64,000 nt of DNA, from NCBI RefSeq assembly GCF_035084215.1, contig NC_090365.1, positions 10,850,001 to 10,914,000 of the forward strand. Reading direction: 5' to 3'. This stretch comes from Heptranchias perlo (lineage: Eukaryota). Position 1 is the first letter of the stretch. The number at the start of each line of letters is the position of its first letter. The position numbers and the translations under genes are program-made. The notes below the pieces were generated by a model. It ran no database searches. It was not told where the DNA came from and was given only the letters and a program-made list of their open reading frames with translations. Positions 37,190 through 50,523 of the stretch are shown here, piece by piece.

Positions 37190-37530
37190 ATGTGTTCAAA
37201 TCTCTCCATGGCCTCCTACAACCCTCTGAAACCTCTGCACTCCTCCAATTCTGACCTCTTGTGCATCCCTGATTTCCTTTACCCCGCCATTGGCGGCCGT
37301 GCCTTCAGCTGCCTCGGCCCCAAGCTCTGGAATTCCCTCCCTAAACCTCTCCGCCTCTCTACCTCTCCCCCTTTAAGATGTTCCTTAAAACCTCTTTGAC
37401 CAAGCTTTTGGTCACCTGTCCTAATATCTCCTTATGTGGCTCAGTGTCAAGTTTTATCTGATATTCGCTCCTGTGAGGCTCCCTGGGACGTTTTACTACG
37501 TTAGAGGCCCTGTATAAATGGGGGTTGTTG
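37190..37530 (+). mobile_element. L2 3' end inserted within an old Deu-SINE (about 37040-37770)
   Basis: GGRAFSCLGPKLWNSLP and an L2 tail, with SINE-like flanks on both sides. Confidence 0.7.
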
Positions 37531-38020
37531 TGAAGCAGTTGGAAGGAAGCAAGGGGGTTGTCTAGGCTTTTTCATCTAAAACCAGATGAACAGGTCACTC
37601 AGTCACATGACTGTTTCTGGGATCTTGCTGTGTGTAAAGTGTCTGCTGCCACTTTTGTTTACATAACAGCAGTCACTGCACTCCAAAGTAACGGTCGGTA
37701 CGGGAAACACTTTGAGATGTTTCTCGGAGGCGCGGTGAAGTGAGATGAGAATGCGAATCCTTCCGTTTGTTTCTTCAATCTTTTCAAACGTGGTGATGTC
37801 CTGAGCTTTGGGACCCAACCCTTCGAATTCATTTCCTACTTAAAAAAAGAATACAGGGCCGATTTTAAATGAAAACCACAAACGCTGTCAACCTGAGGTA
37901 AAATGGAAAATGCTGGATGTGCACAATGTGCCTATCAGCATCTGTGAAAAGGCAGGTTCGTGTTTCTGGGAGTAGCCCCTTTGTCAGGACAGCAGTAGGT
38001 TTCTGACCATAGGTCGACAC

Positions 38021-38371
38021 TGGGGTTGCCAACTCTCGTTGGGTGTAATCCTGGAGGTTTCATCACATGACCTCCCACCTCCAACTGCCCCGCCCCCACA
38101 CTCCCGCCATTGGTCCATCCTCCAGGCCAATGACCAATTGGAAAGCTAGCAGACTCTTTGTTACCCAGTTGGATTAAGCTTGATTGTCAGTCAAAGAGCC
38201 TTTTGCCCATCTCCAATATTTTTATAACTAATAAATGAAAGCATTCAAAGAAAATGAATAAAAAAACACAATTTCGTTTAATGCCCCTATGATTTTATCT
38301 CCTGAGTATTCTAGAGATTAATCTTCAATTCCTGGAGACTCCAGGCCAATCCTGGAGGGTTGGCAACCCTA
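38021..38371. mobile_element. hAT MITE (same family as 5993-6460, opposite orientation)
   Basis: TIRs TGGGGTTGCCAAC / GTTGGCAACCCTA; imperfect 8-bp TSD GTCGACAC/GTCTACCC. Confidence 0.75.
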
Positions 38372-39204
38372 GTCTACCCTCAATCTTAACCCGTCTTCCC
38401 TCTGCAGAGGCTGGCGGGCCTCCTGTTCACACATAGCTGACCCATTATTGTATCACTTTACTAGTGATTTAACTTTTCACCTTTGACCTTTTTTAACACC
38501 ATTCCCAATGGAAAAAAAAACCTACAATACAATTGCCCTGATCTGAGATATTCCCGGATGAAATGCCTGGGAAATTCTTCGCACTGTTGCTGAGCCTACA
38601 GGATTGGGGCAATCAGCCACTTTTTCTTTCTTCAAAGGAGTATTGAGTGTGTGGCTGGGTTACCATAGAAACAGCGTCTCTTCTAGCCTCCCTAGAGTCA
38701 GGCACGCAAATACTGCACTTAGTGTCATTAATCACTGTCAGAACCTAGTTCTCCACCAGCCTCTTCTGTCTAATACACTAGATCAATAACAGGTCAGCAA
38801 TTAAAGACAACCTCAAAAACCCGTACCATTGCACTGCTCGCCTCAGAGAGCTGTCATGCGTTCCGCACGTAATGGTGAAGGATGTTCAACAGTAACAGTA
38901 ATGGGGGAAGAGCCAATCTACATTAATGCCTGTTTGCATGTTCTAGTCTCCCTGCCGAAAGGAACAAAGCAAAAATGCACTTCCAGCAGGGGCATGCGTT
39001 CGATGCTGCTCCACACATCTCCGAATCGTCACGCTTGCTCGTCGGGTCCATGTGGTGAAAGATCAATTTTTTAAAGCAGGGCAAGCTACAACTCTGAAGA
39101 TGCCCTGCGTCATGTGAGGCGGGAACACAGGAGCAGGAGCAGGCCATTCAGCCCCTTGAGCCCGTTCCGCCATTCTATTACATCATGGCTGATCTGTAAA
39201 AAAG

Positions 39205-39590
39205 AATAATTTGCATTTATATGGGACATCCCAAAGCGCTTTGCAGCCAATGAAGCACTTTTTGTAATGTAGGAAACAGGGCAGCTGATTTGTGCACAGC
39301 AAGATCCCACCAACAGCAATGTGATAATGACCAGATAATCTGTTTTGTTGGTTGAGGGATAAATATTGGCTTGGTAGAAATCCCCATCTCTTCTTCGAAA
39401 TAGTGCCATGAGAGCTTAGAGGGCAGACGGGGTTTCAATTTAACGTCTCATTTGAAAGCCGGCATGTCTGACAGTGCAGCACTCCCTCAGAACTGCACTA
39501 GAATGTCAGCTGAAATATTGTGCTCAATGCTCTGGAGTGGGACTTGAACCCATGATCTTTCTGCCTCAGAAGCAAGAGCTCTACCCACTA
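39205..39590 (-). mobile_element. Deu-domain SINE (preceded by a CR1 tail at 39122-39197)
   Basis: Tail, core and head on the minus strand. Confidence 0.75.
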
Positions 39591-40058
39591 GACTGTACCT
39601 CAACGCCAATGCCCCATGTGCTTGAGGCAACGTGGAGTACCAGGGATGAGGGCCCCAATACTCCTCCCACCTGGACATCGCCCCATGTGAAGGACCAAAG
39701 AGAAAGAGGGAAAAATGGGGTCGATGGTCAGGCTCACCATCTAGCCTCTTTCCCCAACACATTCAGGGGGTTCTGACCTGCTCATCAGCAGGGGACGGAG
39801 ATCCCCATCCTGAAAGGATGAAAAGAAACTCACGGATGGAAATGGGCTGAAGGACACTCTCAATTTGCTTTGAAATTTCCAGACAGCTCTGTAGGGAGTC
39901 CCAAAAACAAACACATTGGACTGAAAAAAGGAGACAAATGTGAAAACCTCAGAGAGAAACGAACCTTAAAAAGAGAAGCCATGAATGTTGGAAGGTTAAA
40001 ATTAAAAAATAAAAATACGCAACAGGGCCATCAACATCTGGAAGGGAGAGAGAGAGGG

Positions 40059-40813
40059 TTTTTTTTATTCGTTCGTGGGATGTGGGCGTCGCTGGCAAGG
40101 CCGGCATTTATTGCCCATCCCTGATTGCCCTTGAGAAGGTAGTTGTGAGCCGCCTTCTTGAACCGCTGCAGTCCGTGTGGTGAAGGTTCTCCCACAGTGC
40201 TGTTAGGAAGGGAGTTCCAAGATTTTGACCCAGCGACGATGAAGGAACGGCGATATATTTCCAAGTCGGGATGGTGTGTGACTTGGAGAGGAACGTGCAG
40301 GTGGTGTTGTTCCCATGAACCTGCTGCTCTTGTCCTTCTAGGTGGTAGAGGTCGCAGGTTTGGGAGGTGCTGTTGAAGAAGCCTTGGCGAGTTGCTGCAG
40401 TGCATCCTGTGGATGGTACACACTGCAGCCACTGTGCGCTGGTGGTGAAGGGAGTGAATGTTTAGGGTGGTGGACGGGGTGCCAATCAAGCGTGCTGCTT
40501 TGTCCTGGATGGTGTCGAGCTTCTTGAGTGTTGTTGGAGCTGCACTCATCCAGGCAAGTGGAGAGTATTCCATCACACTCCTGACTTGTGCCTTGTAGAT
40601 GGTGGAAAGGCTTTGGGGAGTCAGGAGGTGAGTCACTCGCCGCAGAATACCCAGCCTCTGACCTGCTCTTGTAGCCACAGTATTTATATGGCTGGTCCAG
40701 TTAAGTTTCTGGTCAATGGTGACTCCCAGGATGTTGATGGTGGGGGGATTCGGCGATGGTAATGCCGTTGAATGTCAAGGGGAGGTGGTTGGACTCTCTC
40801 TTGTTGGAGATGG
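40059..40813 (-). mobile_element. Family B LINE 3' fragment
   Basis: ORF 40031-40678. Confidence 0.9.
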
Positions 40814-40924
40814 TTAATGTTGTGGGTTCCACCACTCAGCTGTAATGAACTGCCCCACCCAAAAGCTTAGGGGCTTTTCATCGGACTCTGACTGGCCTAT
40901 TGTGCATTTTTATTTGAAAGATTA

Positions 40925-41412
40925 GAGAGGGTGCAGAGGAGATTTACCAGAACGGTACCAGGGATGAGGGCCTTCGGTTATGTGGAGAGACTGGAGAAGC
41001 TGGGACTGTTCTCCTTAGAGCAGAGAAGGTTAAGAGGAGATCTAATGGAGGTGTTCAAAATCATGAACAGTTTTGACAGAGTAAATAAGGAGAAACTGTT
41101 TCCAGTGGTAGAAGGGTCGGTAACCAGAGGACACAGATTTAAGGTGATCGGCAAAAGAGCCAGAGGCGACATGAGGAAATATTTTTTTACGCAGCGAGTT
41201 GCTATGATCTGGAATGCGCTGCCTGAAAGGGCGGTGGAAGCAGATTCAATAGTAACTTTCAAAAGGGAATTGGATAAATAGTTGAAGGGAAAAAGCTTAC
41301 AAGGAAAGAGCAGGGCGAGTGGGACTAATTGGATTGCTCTTTCAAAGAGCCGGCACAGGCACGATGGGCCGAATGGCCTCTTTCTGTGCTGTACCTACTA
41401 TGATACTATGAA
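40925..41412 (+). mobile_element. CR1 3' fragment
   Basis: ORF 40931-41281 followed by a tail. Confidence 0.88.
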
Positions 41413-43094
41413 TATTAAAGTGGAGGGGGGGGCAGGAATGGAGGTTCACACACACAAAATCTTTGAAGGTGACAGGACAAGTTGATAAAGCTGTTACAAA
41501 GCACAGGAATAGTCGAGTCTGGAGGTAACGAAGGCATGGGTGAAGGTTTCAGCAGGAGATGGGCTGAGGCAGGGGCGGAGAACGGGCGATGTTACGGAGA
41601 TGGAAGTATCATCTGACCCAGGAGCGTTTAATGCTGACACTGGTAGTCGAGCCTAATCAAGTGAGTGCGAGGGAAATCCACCGTGGGGGGCAACATGGCT
41701 GATTTCACCCCTGCCTTTCCCGGAGATACTGAGATCGCCATCTCACTGCTACCCCAACTAAGAACAGGTAAATCAGTGAGGACCAAAAATCAAACCTGGG
41801 ACCTTCTTGCCCCGTGTGACTCAGTAGGTGGTGCTGCTACTGTCATACTGTAAAATGATAAATTTTTGCATTATCATATTGAATTAAATTCACTACAGAT
41901 TAAAATTACGTTCTCCGGCAAATTAAATTTGAAATGACTTTAACATGATTACCTATTTGCATCCAGAACTCAAATTACGACCAAACATTTTTGTTTACGG
42001 TAACACAGATATATTTTTGCAAAATTCAGCGGTAAAGTCAACCCAAAGCGATTAACAGAGGGTCACACGCTGGCCGTCCGCAGGTCTGCCTGTTCCCTTT
42101 GAAGTTGCCTGAAGAACCCTTCTTCCAGAGAGATGGGGAGAATAATCAGCAGAGAAACAAACAGGGAGGCAGTCAAAAGCAGAGATTTGTTTAAATAAAT
42201 AAAGTGAACGAGGTTTATAAGCGAACGCACAAAACATTTTGTTCGGGCATGAGCCAGATGATGAGTTCAAGAGGTCGGGCATGGGACAAAGCGAGCATTG
42301 AGGACTGAAACAAAACCAATTCAAAACCCTTTTTAAATAAATAAATGAATCTTTAATCGGAATCATTGTCCCTTTAAGGGTAATTGCGATCTGCTTCTCA
42401 TCTCTGCCTCAGCCTCTTGTGCCAAAGAGCTCCTTTGATATACAACAAAATGGAGTCAGTGCATCTTCTGGGCTTTTGATGAACCACTTGAGTGTCAGGT
42501 ACAAGAAAAGTCGGAGGAAGGGGAATGTGAGTAATTTCTAGCCGAGCCAGCGCTAAACAGGAGACGCACACCCTCTCTCGCTGGCTCTCTCTCTCTCTCT
42601 CTCCCCAGTTGCTAGGTTTGAAGAAGCTATTCAACAATTTAAAGGCTTTCTGTCCATTTTTGCTTTTCTAGCCCGTTCATCCTCGGGATCATTTCTCAAA
42701 AGAAGCAAAGCACTTTAAACGGCCATAGCTGGAGTACAGGGATAGGATCTGTCTCCTTATAGTGAAGGGTAAGAGGATCTAGCTTTTATTGCATGCGTTG
42801 GCCCTTGTAATTCACTCTTTAATGTCTGTCCATCTCCCCTCAAAGGCACTGACTCCTGTTCAGGTCCGGTTCCAAACGGCCACACTTTATGAACCAGTCT
42901 AGACGATGAGTGTCAGGAAGCTGTTCCATTGTTAGGAACTGATCTCTGTTCCCCTTTCCAGCAGGAGTGACTGGGTGGGGATCAGGGACACTTCTTCCCA
43001 ACTTTAGTCCAGGGAAGCTCAGATCATTTGCAGTGTACATTATTTGCTGTAATAAGCAATAAAAGAATTAATTGTGAAATATTTCACAATAAAA

Positions 43095-43700
43095 AAAAGA
43101 CTTGCATTTATATAGCACCTTTCACGACCTCAGGATGTCCCAAAGCGTTTTACAGCCAACGAAGTACTTTTGAAGTGTTGTGATGTAGGAAACGCAGCAG
43201 CCGATTTGCGCACAGCAAGATCCCACAAACAACAATGAGATAAATGACCAGATACTCTGTTTTAGTGATGTTGGTTGAGGGATAAATATTGGCCCAGGAC
43301 ACCGGGGAGAACTCCCCCGCTCTTCTTCGAATAGTGTCATGGAATCCACCTGAGAGGGCAAGGGGGAGGGAGTTTCATGTGAAAGACGGCACCTCCGACA
43401 GCGCAGCACTCCCTCAGAACTGCACTGGGAGTGTCGGCCTAGCTTATGTGTTCAAGGGGGTGATTTTAAACCCCGAGAACGGGTGGGTTGGGGGCAGGTG
43501 GGAGTGGGAAGCCTGTACTTTTACGCGCCGACAATAAACCCAGAAATAAAGCCAGGTTGCGGTCGCGACCCAAAGAACAACTATTTTCAACTCCCACCCG
43601 GCCCCAACCCACCCGTTCTTGGGGTTTAAAATCACCGCCCCCCCAAGTCTCTAGATGGGGACTTGAACCCAAGACCTTCTGACTCAGAGGCGAGAGTGGT
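43095..43700 (-). mobile_element. Deu-domain SINE interrupted by a MITE
   Basis: The SINE is split at about 43455/43644. Confidence 0.8.
43456..43643. mobile_element. MITE with ~50-bp TIRs and a probable 3-bp TSD (CAA), PIF/Harbinger-like
   Basis: GGGGGTGATTTTAAACCCCGAGAACGGGTGGGTTGGGG is mirrored by CCCCAACCCACCCGTTCTTGGGGTTTAAAATCACC; CAA at 43453-43455 and 43644-43646. Confidence 0.75.
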
Positions 43701-44992
43701 TTATAATCATCTCAGGCTCATCGACACTCACAACTGGTTTGTGGTTCTTTGCCCCACTGGGAATCCCAGGTGAAGGACCATGGCCCATCGCCCAGGAGCA
43801 CTGACAAGGCCGAGGACGTAGTGAGGAGGTGTGGCCAAGCTTGGGTTTTAGAAGCCAGTGGTTCGCACGAGGAAAAGTGACAGGGGGGCAAAGTTCTCTT
43901 GGCATATCCCTTGGGTGTGAAGGATCATCTGAGCACAGTGCAGAGAGGAATATCAGACCTGGTAACAGAGCCCCATCTGACTTTCCTGGGGGATTCACGC
44001 AAACCAGCCTTCCCCACCCAAAGGTAATCGGCCCCGAGGAGCTCCACGGTCTTGGGTCACACCCGTGACGAGCGATTTTTTTTGGCTGGCGTTTAAATTC
44101 GTGGGGTAAATCGCGAGGCCCCACCTGAGTCCAAGCAAATTGGATCGAGACGGCCTGGAGTGTGGAGAGTCTGACTCTACTTCATTCTGGAGTTGGGCTG
44201 GGTTTCCTGACTCCAGAGCAAATTTCCTCAGCCTCAGTGAGAGGCACAACCGCCTCGCACTGGCACAACAGCTGCAGTCCCACTGCAGATGTGGAAGAGG
44301 ACAATGCTTCTGCTGCTCATTCCTGCCTTAAGTGCTGTTTGCAATTCTTCTCTCAATGTGCACCTCTGTATATATTATCTCTCTGGAGCCTGTTTTTACA
44401 AAGGTCATTCTCAGTGCAGGATTTTAAATTCCACATTCTCCATGTAAATATTAATCCGCTAATCATTTAACCATCACATTCAAGAGGCCTTAAATGGGCT
44501 TGTTACTGTAAATAGAAAACACATTCCCTTCATAAGACTAAAACTAGCTTTTCCACTCAAAACTCTCGGCTTCTAAGTAGAATCTTTAGTCCAACGTAAA
44601 GATCTTGTAAAGATCAGCTGTGTATTTACTTGTAGTGCACTGTTTATGTTATAAACCTTTCACAGGTTGACTGGGTGAGGTGAAGTAGGTCTCATTGCTG
44701 TTAAGGTTTTCAGCTCCATCGTTCTGTATTTTGTTACCTCGCTGACGACTGTGTTGTTTGTTTTTGTATCAGTTTCTCTACGTTTCTCCCTCCCCCCGCC
44801 TTCTTCTCCTGGACGTACCGACGTAGGCAGCGGTACAACATCGTAAGTGCGGCGCGGCTAGCCTCCCCGTCCTCGACGTCGCTGCCATTCTTTACGCCCG
44901 AGCCGCGGTGACGGGTGTGGGCTGGCTGCTCGACTGTGTGGGGCATCGCGGCCAAGCCCAATCCTGGCGCAACTTTCAAATGGGAGAGTCGA

Positions 44993-45592
44993 AACGACAC
45001 AGAGGGAGGCCATTCGGCCCATCTCGCCCGTGCCGGCTCTTCGAAAGAGCTATCTAATTAGTCCCACCCCCCTGCTCTTTCCCCATAGCCCTGCAAATTT
45101 TTCCCCTTCAAGTATTTATCCAATTCCCTTTTGAAAGTTATTATTGAATCTGCTCCCTTTCAGGCAGTGCATTCCAGATCATAACAACTCGCTGCATTAA
45201 AAGTGTCTCCTCATCTTCCCCTCTGGTTCTTTTTCCAATTATCTTAAATTTGTGTCCTTTGGTTACCGACCCTTCTGCCACAGGAAACAGTTTCTCCTTA
45301 TTCACTCTATCAAAACCCTCATGATTTTGAACACCTCTATTAAATCTCCCCTTAACCTTCTCTGCTCTAAGGAGAACAATCCCAGCTTCTCCAGTCTCTC
45401 CACATAACTGAAGTCCCTCATCCCTGGAACCATTCTAGTCAATCTCCTCTGCACCCTCTCCAAGGCCTTGACATCCTTCCTAAAGTGTGGTGCCCAGAAT
45501 TGGACACAATACTCCAGCTGGGGCCTAACCAGTCATTTATAAAGGTTTATTATAACTTCCTTGCTTTTGTACTCCATGCCTCTAATTATAAT
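44993..45592 (-). mobile_element. CR1 3' fragment
   Basis: Reverse complement of the CR1 ORF2 end and tail. Confidence 0.85.
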
Positions 45593-45634
45593 GCACAGGT
45601 GATAAGTTCACCTGGGCAGTTCCCATTATAAAGA

Positions 45635-47490
45635 AATAAAGACTTGTATTTATATAGCGCCTTTCACGACCTCAAGACATCCCAAAGCACTTTACAGCCA
45701 ATGAAGTGCTTTTTAAGTGTAGTCACTGTTGTATTGCAGGAAACACGGCAGCCAATTTGCACACAGCAAGATCCCACAAGCATCACTGTGATAATGACCA
45801 GATAGGTGTTGTTTGAGGGATAAATATTGACCAGGACACCGGGGAGAACTTCCTGCTCTTCCTTATTGAGAAAATCATAATATGATTAGGCAGAGTCAAC
45901 ATGGTTTAATGAAACGGAAATCGTGTTTGACAAATCTATTAGAGTTTTTTGAGGATGGAACCAGCAGGGTAGATAAAGGGGAACCAGTAGATGTAGTATA
46001 TTTGGATTTTCAAAAGGCATTCGATAAGGTGCCACGTAAAAGATTGTTACATAAGGTAAGGTGTCATGGGGTTGGGGGTAATATATTAGCATGGATGATT
46101 GGTTAACGGACAGGCTGTAACTGGTGGGGTGCCACATGGATCAGTGCTCGGGCCTCAGCTATTTACAATCTATATTAATGACTTCGATGAAGGAACCGAG
46201 TGTAATGTATCCAAGTTTGCTGACGATACAAAGTTAGGTGGGAAAGTAAGCTGTGAGGAGGACACAAAGAGTCTTTTTTTAAATTTGTTCATGGGATGTG
46301 GGCATCGTTGGCGAGGCCAGCATTTATTGCCCATCCCTAATTGCCCTTGAGAAGGTGGTGGGGAGCTGCCTTCTTGAACCGCTGCAGTCTGTGTTGTGAA
46401 GTTTGCAAAGGGATATAGACAGGTTAAGTGAGTGGGCAAGTAGGTGACAGACAGAGTATAATGTGGGGAAATATGAGGTTATTCACTTTGGTAGGAAGAA
46501 TAGAAAAACAGAATTTTTTTAAATGGTGAGAAACTATTAAATGTTGGTGTTCAGAGAGACTTGGGTGTCCTCATACAAGAAATACAAAAAGTTAGCATAC
46601 AGGTACAGCAGGCAATTAGGAAGGCAAATGGAATGTTGGCCTTTATTGCAAGGGGGTTGGAGTACAAGAGTAAGGAAGTCTTACTACAATTGTACAGGGC
46701 TTTGGTGAGACCTCACCTGGAGTACTGTGTACAGTTTTGGTCTCCTTATCTAAGGAAGGATATACTTGCCTTCGAGGCGGTGCAACGAAGGTTCACTAGA
46801 TTAATTCCTGGGATGAGGGGGTTGTCCTATGAAGAGAGGTTGAGTAGAATGGGCCTATACTCTCTGGAGTTTAGAAGAATGAGAGATGATCTGATTGAAA
46901 CATATAAGATTCTGAGGGGGCTTGGCAGGGTAGATGCTGAGAGATTATTTCCCCTGGCTGGAGAGTCTAGAACTAGGGGGCATAGTCTCAGGATAAGGGG
47001 CCAGCCATTCAAGACTGAGATGAGGAGGAATTTCTTCATGCAGAGGTTGTGAATCTTTGGAATTCTCTACCCCAGAGGGCTGTGGATGCTCAGTCGTTGG
47101 GTATATTCAAGGCTGAGATGGATAGATTTTTGGACTCTAGGAGAAACAAGGGATATGGGGATAGGGCGGGAAAGTGGAGTTGAGGTCGAAGATCAGCCAT
47201 GATCTGATTGAATGGCGGAGCAGGCCCGAGGGGCCGAATGGTCTACTCCTGCTCCTATTTCTTATGTTCTTCTTCGGAATAGTGCTGTGGGATCTTTTAC
47301 GTCTACCTGAACGGGCAGACGGGGCCTCGGTTTAAGGTTTCATCCAAAAGACAGCACCTCCAACAGTGCAGCACTCCCTTAGTACTGGCACTGGGAGGAT
47401 CAGCCTAGATTTTGTGCTCAAGTCTTTGGAGTGGGACTTGAACCCACAACCTTCTGACTCAGAGACAAAAATGTGACCACTGAGCCACTG
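45635..47490 (-). mobile_element. Deu-domain SINE split into 45635-45862 and 47271-47490 by a CR1 insertion
   Basis: The two halves rejoin at cctgctcttc|ttcggaatagtgc. Confidence 0.75.
45866..47270 (+). mobile_element. CR1 LINE, RT domain to tail, disrupted; contains a family B tail (46275-46400, minus strand)
   Basis: [49 protein letters not shown]. Confidence 0.92.
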
Positions 47491-47949
47491 TTGATGTGGG
47501 CAATAAAATTTACGGTGAAGACAGACAGAAGAATTTTAATAGATTACCAATATCTTGTATGCAGAATTCAGCATTCAAAAATATCAGTTCTGTATGTGTG
47601 AGACACACTCTTACTGTGTCTATAACTGACCCACATTTACATGTTTAGCATTAAATAACGCCATTATGAACTGTAATTTGATTTTGCCCGGAGGGTTTTA
47701 AATCTTTCGAGTCTGGTGTCTAACAGAGGGGTGAGATCACGCAAAGGAAGAGAAGTTTACAAGAATATTTTATTTATTAAGGCAACAAAACAAGGAAGTG
47801 TAATTTGAACAAAATAAGTTTGTGTGACATGAAGTCATTTGAACAATTTATATTTTGGAATAAAATATAAACATAAAAATTCCCATTAGTGTCCTGTGAT
47901 ATTATATTATGTTGGTTTCTGTTGCCTGATCTGCATTTATGGATATCTC

Positions 47950-48115
47950 GTCTCTGTGAGGAATTGGCTTCTTTCAGCAAAGGCTGCAGTTGGGATATTT
48001 CAGGTTGGTCATAGTGAAGGCAGGGTTCCTGCTCCTGATCGCAGTCCAGTGACCCCTGCTCGAAAGTGGGTGTGTACACATTGGACAAGAGCAGGACTGG
48101 ATCTGGCTCACCTTC
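47950..48115 (+). mobile_element. Ancient SINE remnant (AmnSINE2-like body)
   Basis: cagggttcctgctcctgatcgcagtccagtgacccctgct resembles a recalled SINE body; not verified. Confidence 0.3.
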
Positions 48116-48397
48116 CCCGTTTATGGTCTTGGACCTGACTTGGATCCTCACACACTTCCCTTATTTATGATCGTGCTAAAAATGCTGCCCAGAGGAACTG
48201 TTTTGTTGAGCTTGATGAGAATAACAAGTCTCTAGTTTGCGGTAAAACAGTCATGGGAACTCTCTGATAAGGTAGAGTCATGCACTAATCTAGGCCGACA
48301 CTTCAATGCAGGACTGAGGGAAAGCTTCACTGTCTTGCAGATGAGACGTTAAACCGAGGCCCTGTCTGCCCTCTCAGTTGGATGTAAAAGATCCCAT

Positions 48398-50523
48398 GGC
48401 AGCTCAAAACTGGGCATCCATGAGGCGCTGTGGGCCATCATCAGCAGCGGAATTGTATTCCAGCACAATCTGTAACCTCATGGCCCGGCATATTCCTCAC
48501 TCTACCATTACCAACAAGCCAGGGGATCAACCCTGGTTCAATCAGGAGTGTAGAAGAGCATGCCAGGCGCAGCACAAGGCATACCTAAAAATGAGGTGCC
48601 AACCTGGTGAAGCTACAACACAGGACTACATGCATGCTAAACAGCAGAAGCAACATGCTATAGACAGAGCTAAGCGATTCCACAACCAACAGATCAGATC
48701 TGCAGTCCTGCCATATCCAGTCGTGAATGGTGGTGGACAATTAAACAACTAACGGGAGGAGGAGGCTCTGCAAACATCCCCATCCTCAATGATGGCGGAG
48801 TCCATCTCGTGAGTGCAAAAGACAAGGCTGAAGCGTTTGCAACCATCTTCAGACAGAAGTGCCGAGTGGATGATCCATCTCGGCCTCCTCCCGATATCCC
48901 CACCATCACAGAAGCCAGTCTTCGGCCAATTCGATTCACTCCACGTGATATCAAGAAACAGCTGAGTGCACTGGATACAGCAAAGGCTATGGGCCCCGAC
49001 AACATTCCAGCTGTAGTGCTGAAGACTTGTGTTCCAGAACTAGCCGCGCCTCTAGCCAAGCTGTTCCAGTACAGCTACAACACTGGCATCCACCCGACAA
49101 TGTGGAAAATTGCCCAGGTATGTCCTCTCCACAAAAAGCAGGACAAATCCAATCCGGCCAATTACCGCCCCATCAGTCTACTCTCAATCATCAGCAAAGT
49201 GATGGAAGGTGTCATCGACAGTGCTATCAAGCGGCACTTACTCACCAATAACCTGCTCACCGATGCTCAGTTTGGGTTCCGCCAGGACCACTCGGCTCCA
49301 GACCTCATTACAGCCTTGGTCCAAACATGGACAAAAGAGCTGAATTCCAGAGGTGAGGTGAGAGTGACTGCCCTTGACATCAAGGCAGCATTTGACTGAG
49401 TGTGGCACCAAGGAGTCCTAGTAAAATTAAAGTCAATAGGAATCAGGGGGAAAACTCTCCAGTGATTGAAGTCATACCTAACACAAAGGAAGATGGTAGT
49501 GGTTGTTGGAGGCCAATCATCTCAGCCCCAGGACGTTGCTGCAAGAATTCCTCAGGGCAGTGTCCTAGGCCCAACCATCTTCAGCTGCTTCATCAATGAC
49601 CTTCCCTCCATCATAAGGTCAGAAATGGGGATGTTCGCTGATGATTGCACAGTGTTCAGTTCCATTCGCTACCCCTCAGATAATGAAGCAGTCCGAGCCT
49701 GCATGCAGCAAGACCTGGACAACATCAAGCCTTGGGCTGATAAGTGGCAAGTAACATTCGCGCCAGATAAGTGCTAGGCAATGACCATCTCCAACAAGAG
49801 AGAGTCTAACCACCTCCCCTTGACATTCAACGGCATTACCATCGCTGAATCCCCCACCATCAACATCCTGGGGGTCACCATTGACCAGAAACTTAACTGG
49901 ACCAGCCATATAAATACTGTGGCTACAAGAGCAGGTCAGAGGCTGGGTATTCTGCGGCGAGTAACTCACCTCCTGACTCCCCAAAGTCTTTCCACCATCT
50001 ACAAGGCACAAGTCAGGAGTGTGATGGAATACTCTCCACTTGCTTGGATGAGTGCAGCTCCAACAACACTCAAGAAGCTCGACACCATCCAGGACAAAGC
50101 AGCCTGCTTGATTGGCACCCCATCCACCACCCTAAACATTCACTCCCTTCACCACCGGCGCACAGTGGCTGCAGTGTGTACCATCCACAGGATGCACTGC
50201 AGCAACTCGCCAAGGCTTCTTCGACAGCACCTCCCAAACCTGCAACCTCTACCACCTAGAAGGACAAGAGCAGCAGGCGCATGGGAACAACACCACCTGC
50301 ACGTCCACCTCCAAGTCACACACCATCCCGACTTGGAAATATATCGCCGTTCCTTCATCGTCACTGGGTCAAAATCCTGGAACTCCCTTCCTAACAGCAC
50401 TGTGGGAGAACCTTCACCACACGGACTGCAGCGGTTCAAGAAGGCGGCTCACCACCACCTTCTCAAGGGCAATTAAGGATGGGCAATAAATGACGCCCAC
50501 ATCCCATGAACGAATAAAAAAAA
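48398..50523 (+). mobile_element. Family B LINE, 5'-truncated, inserted in a Deu-SINE (48285-48400 and 50525-50765)
   Basis: ORFs 48378-48752, 48809-49399, 49466-49777 and 49781-50476; the SINE rejoins at gatcccatggc|..tatttgaagaa. Confidence 0.92.
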
